From a virus (lineage: Duplodnaviria > Caudoviricetes): a stretch of 64,000 nucleotides of DNA. Under the pieces are notes generated by a model. That model had not been told where the DNA came from, did no database searches, and worked only from the letters and a program-made list of their open reading frames with translations. This document shows, one piece after another, positions 63,797-64,000 of the stretch. The stretch lies in the IMG/VR virus record IMGVR_UViG_3300044542_000107, positions 1 through 64,000 of that record. One strand, given 5' to 3'. The position numbers and the translations under genes are program-made. The stretch's first letter is position 1, and each line of letters begins with the position of its first letter.

Positions 63797-64000
63797 ATGC
63801 CTGGCATTACTGGGCAGGGTACAACTTTCAACCTGCCGAACTACGTCGGGGAACTTTTCGAAGCATCCCCTGAGGACACCCCACTCCTGTCTGCCATCGG
63901 AGGTCTGACCGGCGGTCGACCTGCCACCACTCGATCTTTCGAGTGGCAGGGTTACGACCTGCGCGACCCTGAGGAGAACCGTCAGCGCCGTGAGGGCGCC
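63797..64000 (+). CDS. Major capsid protein, 5' part (not similar to A's capsid)
   Basis: MPGITGQGTTFNLPNYVGELF...DTPLLSAIGGLTGG...FEWQ after scaffold. Confidence 0.8.
   Translation, partial: MPGITGQGTTFNLPNYVGELFEASPEDTPLLSAIGGLTGGRPATTRSFEWQGYDLRDPEENRQRREGA

Larger units (their letters stand above)
32351..64000 (+). mobile_element. Prophage B, left part (att, integrase, immunity, early genes, packaging, head; truncated by window end)
   Basis: Integrase, divergent repressor/Cro, YqaJ-Bet-SSB, rep, second TerS/TerL/portal set. Confidence 0.95.

Overview
The window is entirely temperate-siphovirus DNA from a high-GC actinobacterium, most likely Propionibacteriaceae; I see no host housekeeping gene. 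It holds two related but distinct phage genomes head-to-tail. Phage A (1-~32350) runs from late-early and replication genes through HNH/cos, terminase, head, tail and lysis. Phage B (~32350-64000) starts at an intact attP-like site, followed by a tyrosine integrase, a leftward immunity/moron cassette, repressor/Cro, recombination and replication genes, a tRNA, HNH/cos, an accessory island and a different terminase/portal/capsid module. Position 1 recurs at 47355, so the unit length is about 47.35 kb. Most interesting: (i) an uncharacterised packaging-adjacent module in B, with a PP-loop (PAPS-reductase-like) enzyme, a partner and an HTH gene on their own leaderless promoter, plus two unannotated Arg/Ser/Gly-rich peptides; (ii) a PafBC-type (RecA-NDp) promoter driving an ImmA/IrrE protease next to a peptidase-less repressor; (iii) membrane-protein morons each preceded by the same promoter motif; (iv) an initiator-like tRNA(CAU) with a remodelled anticodon arm, and a 5'-half tRNA-Leu relic at the equivalent position in A. 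All protein family calls come from motif recognition only; no searches were run.
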